Origin: Octopus sinensis
Lineage: Eukaryota
Direction of reading: 5' to 3'
Length of the DNA stretch: 64,000 nt
Assembly: GCF_006345805.1 (NCBI RefSeq)
Contig: NC_043000.1
Coordinates: 12,586,001 to 12,650,000, forward strand
Shown: in pieces, positions 14,637 through 28,555 of the stretch
Layout: every line of letters starts with the position of its first letter
How positions within the stretch are numbered: the stretch's first letter is position 1
The notes under the pieces: generated by a model
Database searches by the model: none
The model's input: the letters and a program-made list of their open reading frames with translations, nothing else
Told to the model about the DNA's origin: nothing
Program-made: the position numbers and the translations under genes

Positions 14637-14914
14637 TCTTTATTGCCCACAAGGGGCTAAACATAGAGGGGACAAATAAAGACAGACAAAGAGATTAAGT
14701 CGATTACATCGACCCCAGTGCATAACTGGTACTTATTTAATCGACCCCGAAAGGATGAAAGGCAAAGTCGGCCTCGGTGGAATTTGAACTCAGAACGTAG
14801 CGGCAGACAAAATGCGGCTACACATTTCGTCTGGCGTGCTAACGTTTCTGCCAGCTCACTGATTAAATAAGTACCAGTTATGCACTGGGGTCGATGTAAT
14901 CGACTCAATCCCTT
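14637..14914 (-). mobile_element. SINE family C with an inverted internal segment, inserted into a family J SINE
   Basis: 15-bp TSD tggcatatatatatt at 14622-14636 and 14915-14929. Confidence 0.85.
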
Positions 14915-15242
14915 TGGCATATATATATTCCCCACACGGATGGGACACTGGTCTCTTGCGGGATTACTCATTTTCGCCAGGTGAGTGGACTGGAGCAACA
15001 TGAATGAAGTGGCTTGCTCAAGAACACAACACATCGCTCAGCCCAGTCTAATGATCATGAGTGCAACACCCTAAGCACTAAACCATGTGGCTCCACATAT
15101 AAACATACACACATATGTATATATACATATATAAATACATATAGATATATACATGCATATAAATTTATATAAATAAGGATAAGATTGTTATTTAAAATAC
15201 TGATCATATCAAGTGGCTAGTATGGGAATAAAAACCTCATCA

Positions 15243-15411
15243 GCATAGGAGTGGTTGTGTGGTAAGTAGCTTGCTTACCAACCATATGGTTCCAGGTTCA
15301 GTCCCACTGTGTGGCACCATGGGCAAGTGTCTTCTACTATAGCCTCGGGCCGACCAAAGCCTTGTGAGTGGATTTGGTAGATGAAACTGAAAGAAGCCCG
15401 CCGTATATATA

Positions 15412-15468
<57 letters not shown>

Positions 15469-15668
15469 GTGTGTGTGTGTGTGTTTATATGTTTGTGTGT
15501 CTGTGTTTGTCTCCCCAACATCACTTGACAACCGATGCTGGTGTGTTTACGTCCCCGTAACTTAGCGGTTCGGCAAAAGAGACTGATAGAATAAATACTA
15601 GGCTTATAAAGAATAAGTCCTGGGGTCCAGCATGGCCACAGTTAAATGACTGAAACAAGTAAAAGAGT
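15243..15668 (+). mobile_element. SINE family A
   Basis: Near full-length copy. Confidence 0.85.
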
Positions 15669-15779
15669 AGGTAATTATTATTAAAATTATAATAATGGGT
15701 ATCTTTTAGATACCCTTTATTATGATTTTATATACATGCATATATACATATTAAAAAAAAGGGGGAAAAAAGGATAAAG

Positions 15780-16027
15780 TTTCCTTCCTGAGTCATGCTA
15801 GCTCATAAGGGCCAGTTTCCTGGTTTCTCTGGCCTATATATTCTTCCCCCAGACAGGAAGTCGGTCTGTTGTAGGACTACTCATTTATGCCAGCTGAGTC
15901 AACTGGAGCAATGTGAAATGAAGGATTTTGTTCAAGAACACAATGCATCACCCAGTCCAAGAACTGAAACCACAATCTTACGATCATGAGTCCAACACTC
16001 CTAACCACTAAGCCATGCAGCTCCACT
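15780..16027 (-). mobile_element. tRNA-derived SINE family J (CORE-like body)
   Basis: Head gtggag..catggcttagtggttagg..., body gttcttgaacaaa...ttgctccagt. Related copies at 14580-15097 (interrupted) and 51030-51390 (different tail). Confidence 0.75.
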
Positions 16028-16361
16028 TATACAATGTGAGGTAGATATGTAAGTCCACTACAGCAAAATGCCTGCTCCTGTCCCTTTATCATGCTTTGGC
16101 TTCTCAACAACCAGCATCAAGCTGCTCCCTGCTCAACTACACTCCCACTCAATCAAGGAGGATTTTTGGGTCTTGTCTTGTGAGTCATTTGGTGACCTCA
16201 CAAGTGCCAGTGTCATGAAAAAAGCACTCAATACATGCCGTGAAGCAGTCGGTGTTAGGAAGGACATCAAGGCATAGAAACTAGAGCTCAGTACGGCGTT
16301 CTGACTCTTCAGATCTGGTTGAACCATCCAACCCATTCCAGTATAGAAGGCAGACATTAAA

Positions 16362-16395
<34 letters not shown>

Positions 16396-19319
16396 GGTGG
16401 TAATGATGATAATGATGATGATGATGATGATGATATCAAAGTAAATAAGATAGGCTAATATGAAAACCTCTGTGCAGTTCCCTTGAGCTGCTAGAAATAG
16501 TAGCAAAGTCTCCCTCAAATCACATCCGGGACAAATTATATATTTCTTTATTGCCCACAAGGGGCTAAACATAGAGGGGACAAACAAGGACAGACAAAGG
16601 GATTAAGTCGATTACATCGACCCCAGTGCGTAACTGGTACTTTATTTATTGACCTCGAAAGGATGAAAGGCAAAGTCGACCTCGGTGGAATTTGAACTCA
16701 GAAAGTAACGACAGATGAAATACCTCTAAGCATTTCACCCAGCGCGCTAACGTGTCTGCCAGCATGCGTCATGTTGGTGGGGTGGAGGGTGGATACATCT
16801 GAGGTCCCTAGTCTTGACATTGTGCAGCAGGTGTAAACAGCCACACCATCATATAAGGAGTGTCATTCATTTCTAATCTTTCACAAAAACATGTCAGGCT
16901 GTAGGTGAAGGTTGGTGAGAGGAAGGGCATCCTGCCAGAGAAAATCCTGCCTCAATGAATTCCGTCTGATTCATGCAAGCATGGAAAAGTGGATGTTAAG
17001 ATGATGATGATGGCAATGAAGATCATGTTGATGGTGATGATGATGATGATGTACAATAACACTGCCAAGAACAACTGTAACAACAAGTGCCACAAAGACA
17101 TTAACAACATTCCAGTTACAACAACAATATCAACAACAATTGTAACCATAGGCCAATGGCGGAACTTCTACATAGTCATTTGATCTGCTAGAAATATCAG
17201 CCAAATTGCCCTCAAATCATACAATATAGTCCCTATAATGAAATTGTGGCCTGCAGGACTTTCTGAATGACATACCTAACAAAGAGAATTACTTTGAATT
17301 TGTTTTTAGAAGTGTGGCCCCTAGATGAACCATGCCTTATGTGGCCCCTTTCTCAATAAACTCCGCCCATGCCTGACCTAGACCTAGAGACTCCCCTAAA
17401 AATATTGGACAGTCATGGCTGGAAGGCGTTCAATCATATGCTTGTTGAATTAAGGTTGAACACAGCAGGGTAGAGGGGGATGGTGTAGGCACCCCTGGGT
17501 GATGCTTTTATGGAGGTAGAAATTTTGAGCTGGGTGCATAAACCTATATAGGTGGCAAACTAAAGTAGGGTGATGCAACGGATTCAAGGGGGAGTGGAGC
17601 AAAGTCAAGGGTTACCCAGGGTTGAGCACACCATAGCTAAGCCACTGGTTGACCTTGAGCTAATCGAAACCAATCGTGGCAACAAAGTTGACACCCCAAC
17701 AACAGCAGCTACAACAAAAACTATTTATTACAACAACAACGGTAACTACAAAACCATTACCATCACAACAACAATAACAACCACAATCTTACTCACAACA
17801 CAATCATAGCCACAACAACAATTATAACCATAACGACAATAACAGCGACGACTATAGCCAGAACAACAACCACAACCATAACCACAACAATAATAACCAT
17901 GACAACCACAACAATTATAACCACAACAACAACAACAGCAACAACTAAAGCCACAACAACCACCACCACAACCATAATCACAACAACAATAATAACAACC
18001 ACAAGCATAAGCACAACAACTATAACCACAACACAACTATAGCCACAACACGAACCCAAGCCACAACCAAGGGTGCAAGCTACAATTTTCCCGCATGTGA
18101 GGCAGTGAATTCAGTATTGATTGTGTCACAAGTTGTAATGCCGACATTGTTGCAGTCAGTGCACATTACAGCAGCAGAGCAGCTTGGCAGAGGTGATGGT
18201 AGTACTATAATTTACCAATATTACTAATACTACTAATATTGCTACCACCACCACCATTACTAGTAAGGTGACCACAAGCTGAAGAGGGAAGCCTCTAAGT
18301 TCATTCATTCCGCTAGAAATAGCAGCCAAAACTCCCTCAAATCATACTTGACTGTTTCAGAAAATAGGATATATTGAATAAAAGAGCCCTGGTGATATGA
18401 AGTCTAGATAATAGGCAAGTTGGTCATGAATGGAATGCTTTTGTCTATGAGTGTACTCGATCAGAACTGGCTCATCACCAACACAACAAGTAATACCACT
18501 GCCACCACCAAAAGACGCTGCAGTCACTACAAACTGATGAAGGAGCCTGTACATGGTCACTACACCTGCTAGAAATAGCAGCCAAATCTTCCTCAAAGCA
18601 CATCCTATCACGTTAATAGAAAAAATAATGAAGGAGATAAGTGAAAATGAATAAAATATTAGTGGATATATCATAACTTAAATAAAAACAGGACTATAAC
18701 TACTTCAATACCTTTGATTATAGATCTTTCCAGTGATAGAAAACTGGAGGACTAAACAACTACTACTACTACTACTACTACAGTTGCAATTAATTGTAAG
18801 AGCCTCCACCACCAAATTCTACATTACTCTACCATTGCTGCCACCACCGAGTATTACTTTTACACCCCCATTTTCGATGTATTCTATATATATAACAATA
18901 GTAACAGATAGGTAAACAGTCTGCTTGCTACCTTCACCTCAACTATCACACAACTAATTAGTGTAGACCAACCCTCCACTGTCACTTATGCACTCATATA
19001 TGCACACACACACACCACACACACACACATACATAACATCAGAGATATAGTTATGTTACTCAGAAGTGATATTCTACACTGTACAAAAAAATTAGTGCAT
19101 AAGGTTGGCTGAAGTCAGACTCATTTCGCATTTGATGCAAAATAAAACTGGAATTTTATGAACCTTTTATTGGCTGAGAAAATAAAAAATGGAGAGCAAA
19201 AAAATGGCAATAAAAACAAAAATGGTATTTTCGATGGCATTGTATGGGTGCAAATCATGGGACATAAGATGCTGAAAGCGGTGAGAAAAAAGATCATGGC
19301 ATATATAATATAATATAAT

Positions 19320-19410
19320 ATAATGAAATTATTGTATACAGTGCTCAGGTGCACCACAACTTGTCAAAAGTGCATATAAAGCATGTGCAGTAATGTACAA
19401 ATGAAGTACA
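19320..19410. repeat. ~90-bp dispersed repeat; second copy at ~33470-33565
   Basis: ataatgaaatt..ttgtatacagtgctcaggtgcaccacaacttgtca..aagtgcatataaag occurs in both places next to TA-rich runs; probably a LINE 3' end. Confidence 0.7.
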
Positions 19411-19587
19411 AATGAAATGAAGTGCTGCAGAAAAATGTTTCACGTTCAGCTTAGAGAACATCAAAATAAGGAGGATGTTAGGAAAGAAATTGAGAATTGC
19501 AGACATTGGAATTTTTCTGTTGATTGTCAAAAGACAAGAAGTTAATACAACACCATGAGAGTGTACCTCACATGAATATAGTCACAG

Positions 19588-20010
19588 AGTTGCAGGTGTG
19601 GTTGTGTGGTAAGAAGTTTGCTTTCCAACCACATGGTTCCGGGTTCAGTCCCACTGCATGGCACCTTGGGCAAGTGTCTTCTACTATAGCCACGGGTCAA
19701 CCAAAGCCTTCTCAGTGGATTTGATTGACAAAAACTAAAAGAGGCCTGTCATGTGTGTGTGTGTGTGGTGGGGTATGAGTGTATCTACATGTGTGTGTGT
19801 CTTTGTATTTGACCCCTGTCACTATTTGACAACTGTGTTGCTTTGTTTATGTCCCCATAACTTAGCAGTTCATCAAAAGAGAATAATAGAATAAGTACTA
19901 AGCTTTTAAAAAAATAAGTACTGGAATCAATTTGTTCAACTAAAATTTCTTCAAGTCAGTGCCCCAGCATGGCCGCAGTCTAATGACTGAAACAAGTAAA
20001 GGATAAAAGG
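19588..20010 (+). mobile_element. SINE family A
   Basis: Full-length copy. Confidence 0.85.
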
Positions 20011-20534
20011 TAAACCCTGTAGTAAAAAGGGTTGTTCGTTTTTTTTTTCTCAAGCCCTAGGCCTCCTAAAACCAGATACCTATTTTCCATGGCATGTAGG
20101 TGACCAAGATCACAGTCTTTGCCCTAAACAGGATACGAGTCTGTTGCAGTGTTCCATACCAGCAACTTTAAAAGGAGAGGGGTAAGTTGATTACAGTGAC
20201 CTTAGTACCTGACTGATACTTTATTTTATTAAAGGTAAAGGTGAGACCTCAGCAGGATTTGAACTCAGAATGTCAAGAACCAGAAGGAATGTTGCTAAGA
20301 GTTTTGTCTGACATGCTTATGATTCTGCCAGTTTGTTGTCTTTCAAAAAAAAAGTACAGAAAGACCACAACATGTGGTTGGATGATGTCTTGGGGGAAAA
20401 CTGGAGGACAAGGAAGAGGTTGTATCTCTTGCTCTTTTAATGAACACCTAATGACCAGGGGTGTATATTATGGGTGTGCTAAGAGTGTGTTGCACACCCA
20501 TCAAAAATGGCAAATTCTTTATAAATATTAACGT

Positions 20535-20901
20535 TAGAGAACCATCCGAATGTGGCTGTCGCCAGCGCCGCCCCGACTGGCCTTGTGCCGGTGGCACGTA
20601 AAAAGCACCATCCGTTCGTGGCCATTGCCAGCCTCGCCTGGCCCCCGTGTCGGTGGCACGTAAAAAGTACCATCCGATCGTGGCCGTTTGCCAGCCTCGT
20701 CTGGCACCTGTGCCGGTGGCACATAAAAAGCACCCACTACACTCACGGAGTGGCTGGCGTTAGGAAGGGCATCCAGCCGTATAAACATTGCTAGATCAGA
20801 CTGGGCCTGGTGCAGCCTTCTGGCTTCCCAGACCCTAGTTGAACCGTCCAACCCATGCTAGCATGGAAAGCGGACACTAAACGATGATGATGATGATGAT
20901 G
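20535..20901 (+). mobile_element. RTE LINE 3'-end fragment with tandem UTR repeats
   Basis: Repeated gtgccggtggcacgtaaaaagcacc units, then cactacactc...ttaggaagggcatccag...(GAT)n. More plus copies at ~16170-16435, 46078-46242, 47440-47670 and 61797-62073. Confidence 0.85.
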
Positions 20902-21139
20902 TTACTCATTAATTTAATCATAAATCTTAATGGAAAATTTTTATTATACCCCTGCTTGAAGTTTGGTGGCATTGGGTGTGGCAGTGTATCCAATACACCA
21001 CCACCATATACCACAACTAATGACCTCTCTAGCATATTGAAGTTTGGTAAATGGATTGACCAATGCTAAGACATGACTTATACTTAGTGACATAATTTTA
21101 CTTGTTTCAATCATTCACTATCAAGGTACAAGGGAGTGA

Positions 21140-21460
21140 ATGTGAGAGGGCAGGAATGAAGACACAAATAAGGGGGATAGGGACAAAATAACAGGTGAGG
21201 GAGATAGAGACAGAGGAATAAGTGGGGGAGATAGGGACAGAGGAACAGGTGAGAGAGATAGGGGCAGAGGAACAGATGAGGGAGATAGGGGCAGAGAAAT
21301 AAGTGTGAGAGAGAGAGAGAGAGAGATAAGGACAGAGGAACAGGTATGGGAGATGGGGACAGAGGAATAGGCAAGGGAGACAGGGATAGAGGAACAGGTG
21401 AGGAAGATAGGGGCAGAGAAAGAGGTGAGGTGAGATAAGGACAAGACAGGTGAGGCATAT
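21140..21460. repeat. Purine-rich ~28-bp minisatellite
   Basis: About 10 degenerate gggagataggggcagaggaacaggtgag-like units. Confidence 0.85.
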
Positions 21461-22479
21461 ATGGACAGAGGATCAGATAAGTTTATAAGTGTATGAGGTG
21501 AGCAACAGATAGTCAGAGGTAGGGATTTAGGGGATGCAGGATGGTGGGGGAGGTGATGCATAGCCAATGGTGAATATGTTTGGAGGAAGGAGGAGGAAAT
21601 TGGAGTGGGTCAGCGGGGTGGAGGTGATAAGTGGCAGTACAAAAAAGGCGAGTGGGGGCACCACTAAATATGACCTAAATAACAAAAAGTTTAAAAGGAA
21701 AGCAAAAAAGATAAAATCAGAGCAGAACTCCATAATGTACTTAAGAAGGACAAATAGAGAAAAAGAGCATTTTCATAGATGGTACCCTATAAAGACCAGA
21801 CAGATGGAGAGAAATAAGCTAATACGAAAGTCAATAATGGCTCAAATCTCTGGACAAAAGGTAGAAACCATAGGTCTGATTTCAGCTGCACAGGATCAAT
21901 GGCTGGCTACATAAGGGAGGGGGGAGATGGAGAGGTAGAAAGAGAGAAAAGAGAGGAAAAAGAGAAATAAGAAACATGAGGCTGATATACACTCTATGCA
22001 GATTTAGCAATCATGCAACATAAAGAAACAGTCAACTGCATTATTTTTTGTTAACCAATCTTTTCAAAAGCAGAATTTATCCACTTTATCCAGAAATCAC
22101 TGTGCAGGCAGCTATATCAAGTGAGCAATATATAGGTTCTTCTATAAAAAAAGAAAAAAAAAAAACTGACAGTAAGTGGTAGAAGTATGTATCAAACTCA
22201 TTCTATAACATAATGTGGCTACCAACACTCACAAGGTAATTCCAAACAACTCTACTTCTTATATGACTAAAACTTACATGTAGCCATGTGGTAAGAAGTC
22301 TGCTTTTCAACCACCCAGTCACCAGTTCAGTCTCATTGTGTGGCACCTCAGGCAACTGCCTTTTGTTATAGCCTTGGGCCAACCGAAGCCTTGTGAGTGG
22401 ATTGGGTAGATGGAAACTGAAAGAAGCCCATTGTATATTACGTGTGTATGTGTGTGTGTATGTGTATATGTATATATAT

Positions 22480-23590
22480 ATGGACACATAAAAGGTGCAG
22501 CAATATCAAAGGAAGGCTAACTGGGAAGATAGCTTTTGTGTGCAGCAAATGCTTAGGAGCAATAAACAATGAAAATGTGCAGAAAACAGTTTCCGTAACA
22601 TTCCAGGGGCAAAAACTATGAGTAGTTGATTCCATTACCGAGGTGACCAAGTCAGTTTCAGGGATGGATGCTCTGAGAGTGTAGCTGCTAGAATATGAAT
22701 AGTCTGGGCAAAGTTCTGAGAGCTCCTACATCTGCTGGTGAGAAAGGGCCTCTAGCTCAGAGTAAAAGGTAGTCTCTAGCTCAGAGTAAAAGGTAGTCTG
22801 TATGATGCATGTGTGCGAACAGCCATGGCAGTGAATCATGGGTTGTGACTGCTGAAGACATGCATAAGCTTGCAAGGAATGAAACTAGCATGGTCCGCTG
22901 AATGTGTAATGTCAGTGTGCATACACGACAGAGTGTAAGTGCCCTGAGAGAAAAGTTGGACACAAGAAGCAGCAGATGTGGTGTGCAAGAGAGACGATTG
23001 TGCTGGTATGGTCATGTGTTGCATATGGATGAGGACAGCTATGTGAAAAAGTGTCACACCCTAGCAGTAGAGGGTGTGGAAGAGGTAGACCCAGGATGAG
23101 GTGGTGGAGCATGACCTTCAAACATTTGGCCTCACCGAGGTGATGACAGGTGGCCAAGGCCTTTGGAGATTTGCTGTGCTTGAAAAGACCTGGCAAGCCA
23201 AGTGAGACCTCCTTTTTCAGCTGGGCTAGACTAGACATGTATCGCTTCCACAGTAAAACACCTGTTCCTATCCCTCTGTCATATGCTTGCCTTTCAACAC
23301 TTGGCATAAGCCACCATCCTCAGTTCTGCACCATCCACTCAATCAAGGAGTCTTGTCTTGTGAGCTGCTTGGTGACCTCACAATTGCCAATGACACACAC
23401 ACACAAAAAGAAATAATAAAAAGAAGTAAAAAAAAAAGCACCTAATGCATTCTGTAAAGTGGTTGGTTTTAAGAAACTATTTTACAATCACAGAAACCAT
23501 GCCAAAACAGTCATTGGAGCTTGAAACAGTCCTCTGACATTTCAGATCCTGTCAAACCAGTCAACCCATACCAGCAATTAAATATGGAAG
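22480..23590 (+). mobile_element. Second, older copy of the same RTE LINE (C-terminal part and tail)
   Basis: MCNVSVHTRQSVSALREKLD...ERRLCWYGHVLHMDEDS, colinear with 42220-42790; contains a local ~24-bp tandem duplication at ~22750-22800. Confidence 0.88.
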
Positions 23591-23597
23591 CTTAATA

Positions 23598-24164
23598 TTG
23601 GGTTGTCCGGAAAGTTCATGCCGATTTATAGTAGCTTACCTTTCAACTTATTTTAGAACATAGTTGAGTCCATAAAATAGGATTTGACTACACCTCCATT
23701 TAGAGAACAATTTAAGCTATCTTTTCATGGAAGAAGGTTTATGTTCCTATAACCTGTGTTAATTCTGTAACCCTTTAAAATGGAAGATAAGAAAATACAT
23801 TTTCGGCACTTGATGCTTTGGAAACCAGACAAAAATTGCTGCAGCTTGGCTGGGATGTGTTACCCCACCCTCCAATTTCACCAGATATTGCTCCTTCGGA
23901 TTTCCACTTATTCAGGTCACTGCAGAATAGTCTTAATGGTAAAAATTTCGATTCCTTGGATGACGTAAAAAGATACCTTGATGAATTCTTTACCATGAAA
24001 CCACCTCAATTCTGGGAAGAGGGTATTTTCAAGTTAAAGGAAAGATGGAGTTGCATTGTGCAACAAAATGGATCATATTTGGTTGATTAAAAATGTAATG
24101 GCAAGTATTTTATGGACCTTTTTCTTTCCTTTAAAAATCGGCACAAACTTTCCGGACAACCCAG
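23598..24164 (+). mobile_element. Internally deleted mariner (Tc1/mariner) transposon, 567 bp
   Basis: ~30-bp TIRs (ttgggttgtccggaaagttcatgccgattt / aaatcggcacaaactttccggacaacccag) with TA at both ends. N-terminus MEDKKIHFRHLMLW is joined out of frame to the transposase C-terminus ...LGWDVLPHPPISPDIAPSDFHLFRSLQN...RWSCIVQQNGSYLVD* (YSPDLAPSD-type motif). Confidence 0.95.
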
Positions 24165-25544
24165 TAATAATGATGATGACGACAATAAGCAAGTGTGAAA
24201 GTAAATACCGCACCAATGGTAATTATGATTACAGTACTAGGTATGTTTAAAAAACAAACGTAAACAGGACACAGACAAAAGCACGAGTACAATATTACTT
24301 GCAACTTGGCACCCATTCTAAAAGATAGCACATCTTTCTACATAACACATTTTAATAACAGAATTCACACATCATTTATTTTACACAATCACCATTCAAT
24401 TCAATAGCACAACTTACAGAGCACATATTATATACAATCACCCTTTAATAGCTCACATTCAATACAATTGCCATTCTGTACAATGACAACTAATACAGCA
24501 CATATGCTACATTGTCATCTCTCGATACCATGAAGGATATTTCGAATGAATGAAAGAAAAAAGAAAAGAAAACAGACACGGTTGTGTGGTTAAGAAGTTC
24601 GTTTTGTAACAATGCAATTTTGGGTTCAATCCCACTGCATGGTACCTTGAGTAACTGTTTACTACTATGGCCTTGCATGTGAATTTGGTAGGTGCGAAAT
24701 TATGCGGAAACCCATCGTGTGGTTAGGCTGTTGTACTCACAATCACTAGATTGTGGGTTCGATTCTCAAACTGCCCAGCGTGTTGTATTTTGAAATGCCG
24801 TTAAGCATTTTGCCCGGCATGCTAATGATTCAGCCAAGTCACCACTCTTATAATAATAATAATAATAATAGTATTAATAGTTTCACATTTTGGTACAGGG
24901 CCAGCAATTTTAAGCGGAGGGGGTTAGTTGATTACATCTACCACAGTACTTGACTGGTAGTTTATTTTGGCAGGATTTCAATTCAGAATGTGAAGAACCA
25001 GGGCAAATACACAAAGCATTTTGTCCTGTGCACTCATGACTCCGCAAACTCATTGAATAATAACTTATACATGCATTATATGATTATATAAACTCCAGTA
25101 TCTGACTGGTGCTCCATTTATTGGCTTGAGGAGGAGGAGGAGGAGGGGGAGGAGGACGACGACGACTAAAATTATACTTAGATGTAAAGAGGAAATGGAA
25201 TTTAGCAACTAGCAAAAGGTTCTATAAATCTTGTACAAAATTAGTCTGCAAAAAGGCCCTAACAACTGGGAATATCAAGGATGGTAGAAAATGAAAACTA
25301 AATTAATCCCAAACATAACTGAAGCCCTTGGTAATTCTGAAATAGGTTTTGAAATTCGAACAGAAATGTCTCTCAAGATGCACAACACCCCCAACTCCCA
25401 CCCACGCAAAAAAAAAATGAGCTGATAGAGGAATCTCTAAGGGGTTATTCAATTTGTTGGAAATAATAGCTACCTCTCCTTCCAATCATACCCTGTCTTA
25501 AAAAGAAGAGGTACATTAAATAGTGTCAACATATAAACAAAATG

Positions 25545-25706
25545 GGCACAGGAGTGGCTGGGTGGTAAGTAGCTAGCTTACCAACCACATGGTTCCGGGT
25601 TCAGTTCCCAATGCGTGGCACCTTGGGTAAGTGTCTTCTACTATAGCCTCGCGCCGACCAAAGCCTTGTGAGTGGATTTAGTAGACGGAAACTGAAAGAA
25701 GCCTGT

Positions 25707-25763
<57 letters not shown>

Positions 25764-25930
25764 TGTGTGTGTGTTTGTGTGTCTGTGTTTGTCCCACCAC
25801 CATCGTAGCGGTTTGACAAAAGAGGCTGATAGAGAATATGAACTAGGCTTATAAAGATTAAGTCCTGGGGTCGATTTGTTCGACTAAAGGTGGTGCTCCA
25901 GCAGGGCCACAGTCAAACGAATAAAAGAAT
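25545..25930 (+). mobile_element. SINE family A
   Basis: Copy with internal (TG)n. Confidence 0.85.
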
Positions 25931-26089
25931 AGATGAAATGTCACTATGCATTTAGTCCAGTGTGGTAACAATTCTGTCAACACGCTGCCTTAATAATAAT
26001 TATGATTATAATATTTGGTGGGGTTTACAACGAAAATGAAAGAACATCAATGATGTTATACATCATATACATGTATGTGATACAGTCCC

Positions 26090-27990
26090 CAGAGGAAAGG
26101 AATGCCAGCTAGAGTCAATCAAGGAACCTTACAGATCTAAGATTACCCAAACCACCAAGGATAAGTGTTTTCTTTCAATTTTCATTCCTTTGCTTACAGG
26201 TGCCTCCTGAGAGTGAGACAAAATCTTTGGAAGAACATGCTTGAAAAAGGGCCACCAAACCTGCTCACCACTCAAGAACCTCTGCAGATATTGCAACCTT
26301 AACACATATCTGCACATCGACAGCCTTGGCACACTGAGCCCTTCATACACAGAGTCTTGTACATGGAATGTCTGACTAGTGAAATATAGCCCTTCTGTAA
26401 GGAACTGGTCAGACAAGAACTGAGACAATACATTGCAATCAAGTGGTAAATTAAGACACATGTGATAGAGGCATTCATCATATCAGTTTGACTTTTTCAA
26501 GGATCAAATCTGATCCCGCTGAACTGATTCATCAGTTCAGTGTTCTAGAATGCTGGCTAATGGTATAGACTTGCCTCTCTAGGTACCCAGCTGCAAGTCA
26601 GTCAGTTTCTCCAGGTTAATCTTTGCTCTTATTATCACCTCATATTTCTTTAGAACAGTACTAGTCACCTTGACATCTGTGCTGTCCAACGCTATTACAA
26701 TGACATCAACTTCACATACCCACATAGCTCTCCTGCATTCCAGACACCTCCAGTTCCTACAATGATTCAGGAGTCAGTACATACAGAACATAGAAGGAAT
26801 AGAGAAGACAAACTTTATGAGCTGAGTGGTCATTAACTATGACCACTAAGCATCTTCTCAGTGGTCAGAGTTAATGGCTACATATTGGTCAGGAATACAA
26901 CATTGAAATGTTCCAGCCTTTGAAAACAGGACTGAAACCAACTGCTCTGAGGACAGTTGCCAAGTAACAATGGTCAACCCTACTGAAAGCTTTCAATTGA
27001 TCCAAACTGATCAGAGCCCCACTAAGGCCAGGTTTGTTATCCAGCCTGTCTATGGTATAGCTCAGATGACCAGATCTACCTGAGATGGCACAGGTTTGCA
27101 TTTTCCCTAATTATACAACTCACATCAAGTACCAACATCTTGATAACACCTTAGTCAAATTCTTAAATTCTGCCATCAGCAGAGTTATGGGCCAGAAATG
27201 GTTTTCTTGATAGCATCCTTCCTAAGCAGAGCTATCACACCTCAGCTCTCAGAAGTGGGTATTTTCCTGTTCTACTGCCAGTCACTGTAGATATATCAGT
27301 AAACAAGTTTGGCACATGTGTGCAAATCTGATAGGGCAGCCTGTCCAAACAATACAATTTGCTCTTCGCACAACCATTTACTGCTGCTGTTATTGACCTC
27401 CTACAGCACTCTGTATCCTCCACAAAGTGTTCCTTCTCGAGCCATGTCTGGCTCATAAGGGCTGGTTTCCCAGTTTCCTTGGCATATAGGTTTCCCAGCT
27501 GGACAGGACACTGGTCCGTCGCAGGTGAGATGCAAGATGCAGGAGGAAAGAGTGAGAGAAAGTTGTGGCGAAAGAGTCAGCAGAAGTTCGCCAATACTTT
27601 CAACCGGAGCCACGTGGAGCTTAGGTGTTTCGCTCATAAACACACACATCACCCAGTCTGAGATTCGAACCCGAGATCCTTCGACCGCGAGTCCGTTGCT
27701 CTAACCACGATGCCATGTGCCTCCACCTCCACCAAGCGTCATGACAGGCACTAAAATCCACTACAGTCTTTGGTATAGGACTCATCCCAAAACAGTTGAG
27801 CAAAGAGCCACTGAAAAGCCTCAGACATCTGCTTGGAATCACATGAACATGTCCCAGTTTATCAGTAATAGGTGAACTCAAGCATTGACATTTAAACGTC
27901 TTAGTTACACAAAGTGCACAGCTGATGTAATATTACTGGGCCCTTGATTGTCTGTGCAGTACCCTATTAACTTGGTCACCACAGTTCTTG
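26090..27990 (-). mobile_element. Degraded L1/Tx1-clade LINE ORF2 (reverse transcriptase region), interrupted by a SINE
   Basis: Fragments KQMSEAFQWLFAQLF, CLDRLPYQ, PITLLMAEFKNLTKVL and ALISLDQLKAFSRVDHCYLATVLRAVGF match L1/Tx1 RT motifs (PGLDGLP, RPITLLN-DYKIL, D-EKAFDRV). Confidence 0.8.
27428..27726 (-). mobile_element. SINE family B variant inserted in the L1/Tx1 relic
   Basis: Flanked by a probable 10-bp TSD ctccacaaag (27418-27427) / ctccaccaag (27727-27736). Confidence 0.85.
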
Positions 27991-28283
27991 GAACAACAGT
28001 TGCAGCAGCAGCAGGAGTGTCTTTATAATAGTGCTGATCTGTGATTGTCAGGAGGTGAGAAGTGATGTTATTGATTGATGCTGCTGCTACTGTTACTACA
28101 ATAGAGGTTGGGTAGGGGATGGGAATGTTGTCTGTCTGTTACATACGCGAGGAAATTGCAAGGAAATTTCGAGAAATTTTCTGCTAAAAAAAAAGAAAAT
28201 GAAAAAGAAAACCTGAACTGATTTACAGGGAAGAACATGTTACAATTATAGAGTTGTCATTTGATACCAAAACTATAACAACA

Positions 28284-28284
<1 letters not shown>

Positions 28285-28345
<61 letters not shown>

Positions 28346-28555
28346 AAGAAGAAGAAGAAGAAGAAGAAGAAGAAGAAGAAGAAGAAGAAGAAGAAGAAGA
28401 AGAAGAAGAAGAAGAAGAAGAAGAAGACGAAGAAGAAGAAGAAGAAGAAGAAGAAGAAGAAGAAGAAGAAAGAAGAAGAGTGAGGAAGGAGGAGAAGAAG
28501 AAGAAGAAAAGCAGAAAAGAAGAAGAGTGAGGAAGGAGGAGGAGAAGAAGAAGAA
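28285..28555. repeat. (AAT)n followed by a long, nearly pure (AAG)n tract
   Basis: Direct reading; a similar AAG-rich tract lies at 7970-8325. Confidence 0.97.

Noticed and set aside
17230-17650. Possible hAT and Harbinger-like MITE ends (gcccatgcctg; tagctaagccactg)
   Set aside because: Only one terminus is recognisable for each; too degraded to call.
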